A stretch of DNA of 64,000 bases, from positions 15,839 to 79,838 of the forward strand of contig DASSVK010000054.1 in NCBI GenBank assembly GCA_035706205.1. Reading direction: 5' to 3'. Source of the stretch: Nitrososphaeraceae archaeon. GTDB taxonomy: Archaea; Thermoproteota; Nitrososphaeria; Nitrososphaerales; Nitrososphaeraceae. The position numbers and the translations under genes were made by a program. Position 1 is the first letter of the stretch; every line of letters starts with the position of its first letter. Shown here piece by piece: positions 39,328 through 48,452 of this stretch. The notes beneath the pieces were generated by a model, which was given only the letters and a program-made list of their open reading frames with translations, was not told the DNA's origin and did not search any database.

Positions 39328-39840
39328 CTAATCTATTATAGCAACAACTTCGTTTCTTGAGACAGTTGAACCCTCTTTTACTTTGACTTCCTTTACTACA
39401 CCATCTTTATGAGACTTAACAGCAATTTGCATTTTCATAGATTCAAGAACTAAAATAGGATCACCTTCCTTTATTGTATCATCTTTTTTAACAGAGACTT
39501 TAACGACTCTACCCGGTATTTGGCTGGTTATATTATTAGCTCGACTTACAGTTCCCTTAGCACTTAAAGATTTTTCTATAATTTCGGTTATTTTGGATTG
39601 TTTCTTTATTTCAATTATGACTCCGTCAATAAAAATTTTATATTTTGTTTCAGTAGAAGAAAGAATTTTTACATGATGAAATGTATTACCCAGCATAAAT
39701 TCAAATTCATCTGATTTTGATTTTAAAATTTTTAAATTATATTTTTTTCCATCTATTTCAAATAAAAGATCACCTTCTCCTTTATTGTATATCAATTCGG
39801 CATTAATTAATTCAGGTCGACCCTCTATTTGAAATTTCAT
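39328..39840 (-). CDS. accB: Biotin carboxyl carrier subunit of acetyl-/propionyl-CoA carboxylase
   Basis: LESMKM biotinylation motif in a C-terminal lipoyl-type domain. Confidence 0.92.
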   Translation of the reverse strand: MKFQIEGRPELINAELIYNKGEGDLLFEIDGKKYNLKILKSKSDEFEFMLGNTFHHVKILSSTETKYKIFIDGVIIEIKKQSKITEIIEKSLSAKGTVSRANNITSQIPGRVVKVSVKKDDTIKEGDPILVLESMKMQIAVKSHKDGVVKEVKVKEGSTVSRNEVVAIID

Positions 39841-41342
39841 TAATAAAATCCTCCACTCATTGACTTTTGTATTTTATTCAATCGTTGAGGACTTAAATTT
39901 GATTTTTTTACATATTCAGATTGTAATAAAATTGCCGATATTGCTGCATATGCTTTGTCTTTGTATTCCTGACTTCTTTTTTGTTTCATCTTTTCTATAA
40001 TATTATATTTCTCAATATAATCAGTAGAAATATTGCCATTTATAAAATTAGATTCTTCTATAATTGTTTTATGAATTGGAATAGTAGTATTTATTCCTTC
40101 AATAGTAAATTCAAATAAAGCATTCTTCATTCTTACTCGTGCTTCGTTAAAGTCACCACCATAGGTAATTAATTTAGCAATTAATGAATCGTAATAACCA
40201 GACACATTACAACCTGGATAGAGAAAAGTATCCACTCTGACTCCAGGTCCAGAAGGAATATTGCAATTTGGAATAAATCCTACAGATGGAGTAAAATCAT
40301 AAAAGGGATCCTCAGAATTTATACGACATTCTATGGCACAGCCTTTTAATTCAAGATCTTTTTGTTTAAATGGTATTTCTTCACCTTGAGCAACTTGAAT
40401 TTGTAACTTGACAAGATCCTTTCCAGTAACAAGTTCAGTAACTGGATGTTCAACTTGTAATCTAGCATTAATTTCAATAAAATAAAAATTGCCTTTAGAA
40501 TCAGATAAAAATTCTGCTGTTCCAGCGTTTAAATAGTCTAGAGCAGTACTTGCACGTACTGCAATTTCTCCTACTTTTTCTCTAATTTCTTTATTAACTA
40601 CCGGTGAAGGTGACATTTCAATAAGTTTTTGGTGTCTTCTTTGAATAGAACATTCCCTTTCGAAAAGATGTCTACCATTTCCACTAGAATCTCTTAGCAA
40701 TTGATATTCAATATGCCTGATGTTGGTAAGATATTTTTCTATAAATAATGCAGACTTGCCAAATGCTGCTTTTGATTCATTTGATGCTAGTTCAAATTCT
40801 TGTCTAAGTTCTTTTTCGTTACTTACCAATCTAATGCCTCTTCCTCCTCCTCCATAAGCAGATTTAAGCATCACAGGATAACCTGCGTCCTTAGCGATAT
40901 CTACAGCCAATTCTATATCTTCAACTACTCCATCACTTCCAGGTACAGTAGGAACTTCAGCTTTTTTCATTATTTCTTTACATTTCATTTTATCTCCAGC
41001 TAACTCCATCGCTTTTGCGGTTGGACCTATAAAAATAATGTTATTTTTCTTACACTCCTCAGAAAATAATTCATTTTCAGAGAGAAATCCATAACCAGGA
41101 TGTATAGCATCGGCACCAGATAATTTAGCTATATCAATTATTTTGTCTATACAAAGGTAACTTTCTGACGCTTGTGCTGCGCCCAATCTATATGATTCAT
41201 CAGCTCTTTTAACATGTATTGATCGATTATCTTCATCTGAATAAACTGAGATTGATTTTATTCCCAAATCTTTGCATGCTCTAATAACACGTAGAGCAAT
41301 CTCTCCACGGTTTGCTATAAGAATGCTTGAAATTTTGGACAT
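39840..41342 (-). CDS. accC: Biotin carboxylase subunit
   Basis: ANRGEIA, HPGYGFLSEN, GGGGRGIR, RHIEYQ, CSIQRRHQKLIE, EINARLQVEHPVTE, YDSLIAKL. Confidence 0.96.
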   Translation of the reverse strand: MSKISSILIANRGEIALRVIRACKDLGIKSISVYSDEDNRSIHVKRADESYRLGAAQASESYLCIDKIIDIAKLSGADAIHPGYGFLSENELFSEECKKNNIIFIGPTAKAMELAGDKMKCKEIMKKAEVPTVPGSDGVVEDIELAVDIAKDAGYPVMLKSAYGGGGRGIRLVSNEKELRQEFELASNESKAAFGKSALFIEKYLTNIRHIEYQLLRDSSGNGRHLFERECSIQRRHQKLIEMSPSPVVNKEIREKVGEIAVRASTALDYLNAGTAEFLSDSKGNFYFIEINARLQVEHPVTELVTGKDLVKLQIQVAQGEEIPFKQKDLELKGCAIECRINSEDPFYDFTPSVGFIPNCNIPSGPGVRVDTFLYPGCNVSGYYDSLIAKLITYGGDFNEARVRMKNALFEFTIEGINTTIPIHKTIIEESNFINGNISTDYIEKYNIIEKMKQKRSQEYKDKAYAAISAILLQSEYVKKSNLSPQRLNKIQKSMSGGFY

Positions 41343-41352
41343 CTAACTTCAC

Positions 41353-42894
41353 CTATAAATTGATATTCCCATGTTTTTTCCATGGACCCGTTTCTTTCTT
41401 TCCTAATAATGATGCAATAGCTCCTATTATCATAGTTCGAGTTTCCATAGGATCAATTACTAGATCAATAATTCCTTTCTCTGCCGCAATATAGGGATTA
41501 GCAAATTTTTTCCTATATTCATCAGCTAATCTCTTTTTTGTTGTTTTTGCATCTTGAGAAGATTTAAGATCTCTTCTATGAATTATTGTAATTGCTGCTT
41601 CAGGTCCTAAAACTGCAATTTCTGCAGTAGGCCATGCAAAATTAATATCTGCTCTTAAGTTTTTACTCCCCATTGCAATATAAGCTCCGCCATACGCCTT
41701 TCCAATGATACAAGTAATCTTAGGCACTGTTGCTTCACAATATGCATATAATAATTTACTACCATGTCTAATTATTCCATTATGCTCTTGATCAGCACCT
41801 GGTAAATAACCAGGTGTATCAACTAACGTAATAATAGGTATATTAAAAGAATCACAAAATCTAATGAATCTTGCTGCTTTATTAGAAGAATCTATATCTA
41901 AAGCACCTGCTAAATACATTGGTTGATTAGCTACAATGCCAACTGTTTTACCATCCATTCTAGCAAAGCCTACAATGATATTGCTTGCAAAGGATTCATG
42001 AATTTCAAAAAAATCTTTATCGTCGATTATACTCATAATGATTGATTTAATATCGTATGGTTGATATGGATTCTCAGGCAACATATTAATCAATGAAGGA
42101 TCAAGTCTATTTGGGTCATCGTTTGATTCTATTGATGGTGGTTCTTCTAAATTGTTTTGAGGTAGAAATGAAAGTAATTTTTTAATTTTTTCCATACATT
42201 CATATTCATTAGCTGCAACCATATGAGCAACTCCTGACTTAGTTGCATGAGTAGAAGCTCCTCCGAGTTCTTCGAATGATACATCTTCACTTAAGACTTC
42301 CTTCACAACTTCAGGTCCAGTTACAAACATCTGTCCTATATTCTCTACCATTATTACAAAATCTGTCATTGCCGGAGAATATACAGCACCACCAGCACAA
42401 GGTCCTATGCTAGCAGTTATTTGAGGAATTATTCCAGAAGCAGTAGTATTTCTATAGAAAATATCACCATAGCCGTCTAAACTCATTACTCCTTCCTGAA
42501 TTCTGGCTCCACCAGAATCAAGAACTCCTATGATTGGTGCGCCTACTTTAATGGCTCTATCCATAATTTTTACAATTTTTCTTGATGCCATTTCACCCAA
42601 TGAGCCACCTAAAACTGTAAAATCATATGCGTACACAAAGATTTTTCTGCCGTTAATTGTTCCAAATCCCGTAATCATGGCATCCCCGTAGAATTTCGTA
42701 GTTTCAGGATCATCCTGTCTATGAGTCACATATTTATCCAATTCAATAAAACTTCCTTCATCAAGAAGAAGAGCAATTCGTTCTCTAGCCGTAAGTTTGC
42801 CTTTGGAATGTTGTATATCAATTTTATCTTTACCACCGCCAGATTCAGCTAAATTTTTTAATTCATACAATTTCTTTAACTTTTCTTCGTGCAT
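41353..42894 (-). CDS. Carboxyltransferase subunit of acetyl-/propionyl-CoA carboxylase (3HP/4HB cycle)
   Basis: KLTARERI, DFTVLGGSLG, DSGGARIQEG, GPCAGGAVY, DTPGYLPG, KAYGGAYIAM, KKHGNI. Confidence 0.95.
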   Translation of the reverse strand: MHEEKLKKLYELKNLAESGGGKDKIDIQHSKGKLTARERIALLLDEGSFIELDKYVTHRQDDPETTKFYGDAMITGFGTINGRKIFVYAYDFTVLGGSLGEMASRKIVKIMDRAIKVGAPIIGVLDSGGARIQEGVMSLDGYGDIFYRNTTASGIIPQITASIGPCAGGAVYSPAMTDFVIMVENIGQMFVTGPEVVKEVLSEDVSFEELGGASTHATKSGVAHMVAANEYECMEKIKKLLSFLPQNNLEEPPSIESNDDPNRLDPSLINMLPENPYQPYDIKSIIMSIIDDKDFFEIHESFASNIIVGFARMDGKTVGIVANQPMYLAGALDIDSSNKAARFIRFCDSFNIPIITLVDTPGYLPGADQEHNGIIRHGSKLLYAYCEATVPKITCIIGKAYGGAYIAMGSKNLRADINFAWPTAEIAVLGPEAAITIIHRRDLKSSQDAKTTKKRLADEYRKKFANPYIAAEKGIIDLVIDPMETRTMIIGAIASLLGKKETGPWKKHGNINL

Positions 42895-43027
42895 GGCTTT
42901 AGCATTTATCCGATATTCTGCTATTTATATATATAACATAATAAATATCAGATAAATAATATATACTCTATTTAATTTTATTAAAAAATTTTAATGAATT
43001 ACTTGTAAATTTAATAAAAAAGAAAAA

Positions 43028-43243
43028 CTATTGTTCTCGTAAACTTGATCTTCCTCCCTGTGCTCTTCTGAAAACATTCATACCAAGGTTATAATTTTCA
43101 AACAATGTTTTTAATGCCTCAATTTCATTAGACAATAATTGTATTTCATACTTGTTTTCATTTGGATTTTCTAATAATAAATCTAATCTTTGCTTTTTTT
43201 CGAAAAGCAATTTTCCAACATTATGTTCATATTCACTTGACAT
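43028..43243 (-). CDS. Hypothetical 71-aa coiled-coil protein
   Basis: ATG-start ORF with a heptad-like central region; 19 nt downstream of the Zn-finger ORF on the same strand. Confidence 0.65.
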   Translation of the reverse strand: MSSEYEHNVGKLLFEKKQRLDLLLENPNENKYEIQLLSNEIEALKTLFENYNLGMNVFRRAQGGRSSLREQ

Positions 43244-43262
43244 TTTCTTTAGATAATCCTAA

Positions 43263-43637
43263 TTAGGATTTTAATTTTGCTATTTTTTTTATTTTTTCAT
43301 ATATTATATCTTGATATTTTAAGTAAGATTTAGGATTTTCTAAACAAGATTTACACAAGAATATAGTATCTTTTTGAAATTCTCGATTTAAAAGATCATA
43401 GTCATCAGGAAACCCATCTTGAACAGCATTACCACATAAGAAACAATGTAGATTTGGTACAATAGTTTTCTCAGAAGTTTCCTTCTTCACCTTATTATTG
43501 TTATTACAATCTAAATGTTTAATTGTTTTTGATGATTTTGACCATAGAGCGTATTCACCTGCTGAAATTTGCTTTTCACAGATCTGACATTTACCTTTAA
43601 ATTTGACTAAAAGTTTTATCCATTCAGACCCCATCAT
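43263..43637 (-). CDS. Hypothetical protein with two putative Zn-binding modules
   Basis: CQIC...KHLDC and CFLCG...CKSC; ATGA overlap with the rfcL stop. Confidence 0.7.
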   Translation of the reverse strand: MMGSEWIKLLVKFKGKCQICEKQISAGEYALWSKSSKTIKHLDCNNNNKVKKETSEKTIVPNLHCFLCGNAVQDGFPDDYDLLNREFQKDTIFLCKSCLENPKSYLKYQDIIYEKIKKIAKLKS

Positions 43638-44866
43638 AGTTTTTTATTCCTATTCATTTCTTTTTGAAGGATTTCTACAAATTTTTCATCAAGCATAAAA
43701 TTTGAAATAAATTCATGAATATCTATTTTAAATTCCTGGATTATCTCAAGCATGTACGGATAAAACAACATTCCAAAAGTACTAGAAGAAACATGAAAGA
43801 ATGTAGAAAGATTAGAAATCAAATTACGTAAAGATAAACCTCTTGAAAAGATTTTACCCATTAAAGGCCAGCTAATACCATATTGATTATAAGATATCAT
43901 CTTATTCTGCATATTTTCATATAAAAGTTCAATTAATATATTATCCATATATTTTAATAAATTCCAATTTCTCTTTTTATATATTCGTGCTACTTGTAAA
44001 TCAATTCTCGATAGACTGTCTAATAATTGGGATAAAGTATTCATATCCAGATTCGATGATACAATACTTGTAAATAGTGAATTTACAATATCTTTTCTGC
44101 GTTCTTCAGACGATAAGCCAAACCGTGGATCAGAATATTTGCCATCTAAAGATAATAAAATGATTCTGGCATTATCTTTATTTTGACTAGAAAACAATTC
44201 ATTTAGACCTTCAGCGATATCAACCTTAAATTTTTGGGTTATAAATTGACCATAACCACTGCACTTAGATTGAGCAATATTAAGCATTGTTCTAATATCG
44301 CCATTACTTTTTTCAACTATCCACTTTTTATCATCAAAAGGTAGAGAATATTTTTGTTCATCTAGTACATAATTTAAAAACATCAGCATTAAATTGGATG
44401 AAATGCGTTGGAATTTAATTATTTTACAAAGTTTTGTTAAATTTTTTAATTTAATGTTACTAGAATTCGCAGCAAATAATATTGGAAAGTTTGACGATTT
44501 GACAATATTTATAAGAACTTCAATTCCTCCACTATCTTCTCTTCCATAAATACCATCTACTTCATCAAAAAAAAGAAGAATTTTTTTTCCAAAGATACTT
44601 GTATTATTAAGGAGTGGATTTACTAATTTTTCTAATTGTGAACCACTTCTAGTATCACTTGCATTTAATTCTATTAGATCATAGTTCAAAATAGAAGATA
44701 ATAATTTAATGATTGTAGTTTTCCCAATTCCAGGCGGTCCTATTAAAAATAATGGTTTAGTACCAGGGAGCCATTTTACTAACCATTTCAATATAGTAAT
44801 TCTTATTTCTTCATTACCAATCATCTGTTCAAAACTTTTTGGTCGATAAATTTCTGTCCAATACAT
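43634..44866 (-). CDS. rfcL: Replication factor C large subunit
   Basis: WTEIYRPKS, GPPGIGKTT, IELNASD.R, FDEVDG, GDIR. Confidence 0.92.
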   Translation of the reverse strand: MYWTEIYRPKSFEQMIGNEEIRITILKWLVKWLPGTKPLFLIGPPGIGKTTIIKLLSSILNYDLIELNASDTRSGSQLEKLVNPLLNNTSIFGKKILLFFDEVDGIYGREDSGGIEVLINIVKSSNFPILFAANSSNIKLKNLTKLCKIIKFQRISSNLMLMFLNYVLDEQKYSLPFDDKKWIVEKSNGDIRTMLNIAQSKCSGYGQFITQKFKVDIAEGLNELFSSQNKDNARIILLSLDGKYSDPRFGLSSEERRKDIVNSLFTSIVSSNLDMNTLSQLLDSLSRIDLQVARIYKKRNWNLLKYMDNILIELLYENMQNKMISYNQYGISWPLMGKIFSRGLSLRNLISNLSTFFHVSSSTFGMLFYPYMLEIIQEFKIDIHEFISNFMLDEKFVEILQKEMNRNKKL

Positions 44867-44883
44867 ATTATATCGAATCTTGA

Positions 44884-46023
44884 TTAATGTAATTTGCGTG
44901 TTAGAGGATGAATAGTTCTTTCAAAATACTTAAAGAGATCACGTTTAGTTATATCATGATACCAATATTGATTATAATGATTAACTGTAAGAAATAAAAA
45001 TGTTAGAAACGGCTTAAGTTCGAATTCTTCTGGTAAAAATTCCAAAGCGAGTTTCGCTTCATCTAAATATATTTCACTTTTCTTCAGAGTAAGTTCGAAT
45101 CCTTTTCTAACATCATTGGCAATGAGGGAATAATACAGGGGCCAAGATGGTATTTTAATTGTACCTTCGTTAATTGAATCTTGCATTTCGTTACCACATC
45201 CAACAGATTCACTAGCTTTTGCCATTCCTAAATGGTAAATTTCATTTAAAGGTGTTTGATTTAAGGCCATATTTCTTCCAGCAGTACCCATAATTGAACG
45301 ATATTTTTTATAACACCCAATCATATGTTCATCAGTAATTGATTCAGGTTTCATCTTTAATTTTTGATCAATTAATTGACCTATTCTAGCATCTTTAAAT
45401 CCTTCTTCAAATGCTTTTAGAACTGAATCGCCTCCTTGAGAAATTTTTTCCCTAGCTATATCCAAAATATAAGGATTCATTAATCTATAGTCATCTAGAT
45501 ATTCTATATCTTCATCTTTATCCATAATTCGATCCATAGGTTCACTCAAATCAATAGCTATGATATGTCCATCTATTATAGAAGTTCTTAAGTCATTTGA
45601 AAGATCTTCTTTATAATAAGTCATAGAGCCATCAAATAAAGCATTAAATACTGGAAAGGTCATTTTAACAAAATTAGAGTTCAATATTCTTTGTACTCTA
45701 TCGGCCAGAATTTCTGGCCTAGAAAGACGAGTTTTAATATCTTCAATTTTAGCATCAGATTCAAGTTCCATATCTTGAGAACCAACTTCTTCTGCAAATT
45801 GAGATACAGTTGAATTTGGTGAAGTATCAGAAATTATCCTTCTATGTAAGGATAGAAGGAAACGTTTAGTAAAATCTTCAAATTCCGTTTCATATTTCAT
45901 TTTATATTTATTATATTGTTTATAGCCTCTTTCTCTCAATAATACTTGTTTAAGTATATCTTTACCAGCCTTTGTACTCATTAAAGCACTTTTAGAAAAA
46001 ACAAAATCGTCTTTGCTACTCAT
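44884..46023 (-). CDS. Uncharacterised 379-aa protein, probable divergent isoprenoid-synthase (class I terpenoid synthase) fold
   Basis: CDS itself is secure. Fold call inferred from DRIMDKDED, GQLID, GCGNEMQDSINEG motifs in polyprenyl-synthase order (see findings). Confidence 0.6.
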   Translation of the reverse strand: MSSKDDFVFSKSALMSTKAGKDILKQVLLRERGYKQYNKYKMKYETEFEDFTKRFLLSLHRRIISDTSPNSTVSQFAEEVGSQDMELESDAKIEDIKTRLSRPEILADRVQRILNSNFVKMTFPVFNALFDGSMTYYKEDLSNDLRTSIIDGHIIAIDLSEPMDRIMDKDEDIEYLDDYRLMNPYILDIAREKISQGGDSVLKAFEEGFKDARIGQLIDQKLKMKPESITDEHMIGCYKKYRSIMGTAGRNMALNQTPLNEIYHLGMAKASESVGCGNEMQDSINEGTIKIPSWPLYYSLIANDVRKGFELTLKKSEIYLDEAKLALEFLPEEFELKPFLTFLFLTVNHYNQYWYHDITKRDLFKYFERTIHPLTRKLH

Positions 46024-46376
46024 TTATAATTAGTTGAATTGTAATTGCCATTATTTATTATCTTTTATAATTTGACGCCTATCCCAAAAATAGATAATAA
46101 TATCGATCCTTATTTTTATCATCTTTATTACATTATAATTAAAAATAAGGTTGAGAGAGAACAAATTCATGGCATAATACAGGATTCAGGAAATTGTTTA
46201 CAATATGTGAAAAGAAGGTAAAAACTATCTTGGTCTTGCAACTAACAAATAATATAATTGATTATAGATGGATAATTTCGGAAAGGTTTTTAATTAATTT
46301 TTAATTAGAAATATTTCAATCAACTAAATCTATACAATTGTAAGTAAAATGGTAACAAAATAGTAAAATGAGTTAT

Positions 46377-46985
46377 TTATCTTGAAGCCATTGCAATACG
46401 TTCTTGTTCATTCTTTTTCTTTATTGCATGACTTGTCATATCATTGTTAGCTGCTAGAATAATTTCTTTAGCTAATGCTTCTTCTATTATCTGGGGATTA
46501 GAATAGGTTGACTCTCTTACTCCTTCTGCTATAAATCTAAGTGCTAAATCAAGACGTCTGAGAGGAGAAACATCTACCGAAACATGATATACAACACCAC
46601 CATAGACAATTCTTGTAGTATCTTCGTTTGGAGAAGAGTTCTCTATAGCTCTTACTAGTAATTCAACAGGATTTTTCCCAGTTTCTAAATTTATTATTTC
46701 AAAAGCCGTTTTAACAACATTGAGTGATTTTGCTTTTTTTCCACCCATTCGTCCAGTATTTTTTGCATATTTTTTTCCAAAACGCATTAATTTATTTGCT
46801 AATCGTTCAATAAGGTTTACTTCAGCTTTTTTAAGTCTTTGATGTTCATGTCTTCCAAAAGATATAGGAATTACCATCGATGGATTGAAAGATATAACTC
46901 TATTTAATCCTGGATCATTAACTTCTATACCAGCTGTCTCCCACTTATTAAACAATAATATTTTTGTAATTTCCTTCCCGCTCAT
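46377..46985 (-). CDS. rps7: 30S ribosomal protein uS7
   Basis: IERLANKLM, NPVELLVRAIEN..P.ED, VDVSPLRRLD, ERIAMASR. Confidence 0.96.
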   Translation of the reverse strand: MSGKEITKILLFNKWETAGIEVNDPGLNRVISFNPSMVIPISFGRHEHQRLKKAEVNLIERLANKLMRFGKKYAKNTGRMGGKKAKSLNVVKTAFEIINLETGKNPVELLVRAIENSSPNEDTTRIVYGGVVYHVSVDVSPLRRLDLALRFIAEGVRESTYSNPQIIEEALAKEIILAANNDMTSHAIKKKNEQERIAMASR

Positions 46986-46987
46986 TT

Positions 46988-47425
46988 TTATCGCCTTGGT
47001 TTTTCCTTTTTACCATAAACTAATTCTTTTAATGATACACCATTAACTTTGAAAACTTGCCATCGTACTCCCGGAATATCACCCATTGCACCCCCCATTG
47101 AGCCTCCAATCCCCTCTACTATTACTTCATCATGTTCATCAACAAAATTTAATGCACCATCTCGTGGAAGAAATGCAGTTATTGATTTTCCATTTTTTAT
47201 CAATTGGATTCTAACACATTTACGTACGGCAGAATTAGGTTGTTTTGATTCTATTCCTACTTTTTCCAATACAATACCTCTAGCCTGAGGCGCACCTTCC
47301 ATAGGATTAGTTTTTTTATCAAGCAATAATACACGTCTCTTATAATATTTGTTTGCCCATCTAGAACGTTTTCTTTTTAAATTAAGAACACGTCCAGCAA
47401 ACAAACCCAACGGAGATTTAGCCAT
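46988..47425 (-). CDS. rps12: 30S ribosomal protein uS12
   Basis: [34 protein letters not shown]. Confidence 0.97.
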   Translation of the reverse strand: MAKSPLGLFAGRVLNLKRKRSRWANKYYKRRVLLLDKKTNPMEGAPQARGIVLEKVGIESKQPNSAVRKCVRIQLIKNGKSITAFLPRDGALNFVDEHDEVIVEGIGGSMGGAMGDIPGVRWQVFKVNGVSLKELVYGKKEKPRR

Positions 47426-47426
47426 T

Positions 47427-47906
47427 TTATATATTCACACCATTATTATCGTTAGTTGTTTGTTCAGGGCTTACTATTAGAACATTTGAAATTTGAAAAT
47501 ATCGCCTTGCAAGCAATCTTGCTTTTTCAGCATTTCTACCTTCTTTTCCAACTACAACACCCTTTTTTTTTGAATCAACAACAACAATTGCTTGTTTTGT
47601 ACCATCTATCCTTTTATTAATCTTTATCTCATTAATCATACTAGAATTAAGAATATTTTTCAAAAATTCATCTACATTATCGGAATATTCTACTAACTCT
47701 ATTCTGCGAGGCACTACATTTTGTAATTGCTTTATAGTTGTGCCTCCTTTCCCAATAGCCAGACCCATTTGACCTTTATTTACAACAAAAATTACTCGAT
47801 CCATTTTTTCATCTACAATACAATCTCTTGCACTAGCACTAGTTATACTTGAAAATAAAGAGATAAGCCTAAGTTCATCAGATGTCAGTTTTATTTTCTC
47901 AGTCAT
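47427..47906 (-). CDS. nusA: Archaeal NusA (KH domains)
   Basis: [30 protein letters not shown]; conserved position between eL30 and uS12. Confidence 0.94.
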   Translation of the reverse strand: MTEKIKLTSDELRLISLFSSITSASARDCIVDEKMDRVIFVVNKGQMGLAIGKGGTTIKQLQNVVPRRIELVEYSDNVDEFLKNILNSSMINEIKINKRIDGTKQAIVVVDSKKKGVVVGKEGRNAEKARLLARRYFQISNVLIVSPEQTTNDNNGVNI

Positions 47907-48143
47907 TATTCCACAATACCTCTATATACCAATTTTCAGTTATATTATACATCAAATGATTAACATCCTGTGTAATAAAGTATAATTTAAATTTTAATGA
48001 AGGTTTTTGATATCAACAAAAGAAATAAAAATTTGTTTTCAAAATACATAATCTAAAAGTTCAAAAAAACTAATTATTTATTAAAATATTTTGACTTTTA
48101 AAAGTATAATGACTAAAAATTATAAAATATAAAAATAAAAAAT

Positions 48144-48452
48144 TTATTGTGTCTCCAATAAGCTATTTACATCTTCTTCAGATACAGCTTTAAGCGCTAC
48201 TGTAGAAATTCTATAAGGTTTATTGAAAAGTCGCCCTAGTTTTATCGAATTATCACCATAATAATATATAGGAACTTTGTATTCCTTCGAGGACTTTTCA
48301 AGTAATTGTTTATCTACATTATTTAGTGAAGTAGAAACGATAATTAATTTTGATCCTTTGACATTAGATTTAACCTCTTTTATTCCATCCTTATACTTAT
48401 TGGAGGATTTTGCCTCTTTAATTATTTTCTCCAGATTCTTCATTTTGTTCAT
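48144..48452 (-). CDS. rpl30e: 50S ribosomal protein eL30 (L7Ae family)
   Basis: GIKEVK, KLIIVS, LGRLFNKPYRIS; position after rpoA. Confidence 0.85.
   Translation of the reverse strand: MNKMKNLEKIIKEAKSSNKYKDGIKEVKSNVKGSKLIIVSTSLNNVDKQLLEKSSKEYKVPIYYYGDNSIKLGRLFNKPYRISTVALKAVSEEDVNSLLETQ

Noticed and set aside
46140-46250. Short frame in the rps7 downstream spacer (VEREQIHGIIQDSGNCLQYVKRR)
   Set aside because: No suitable start codon or promoter, and too short to support.
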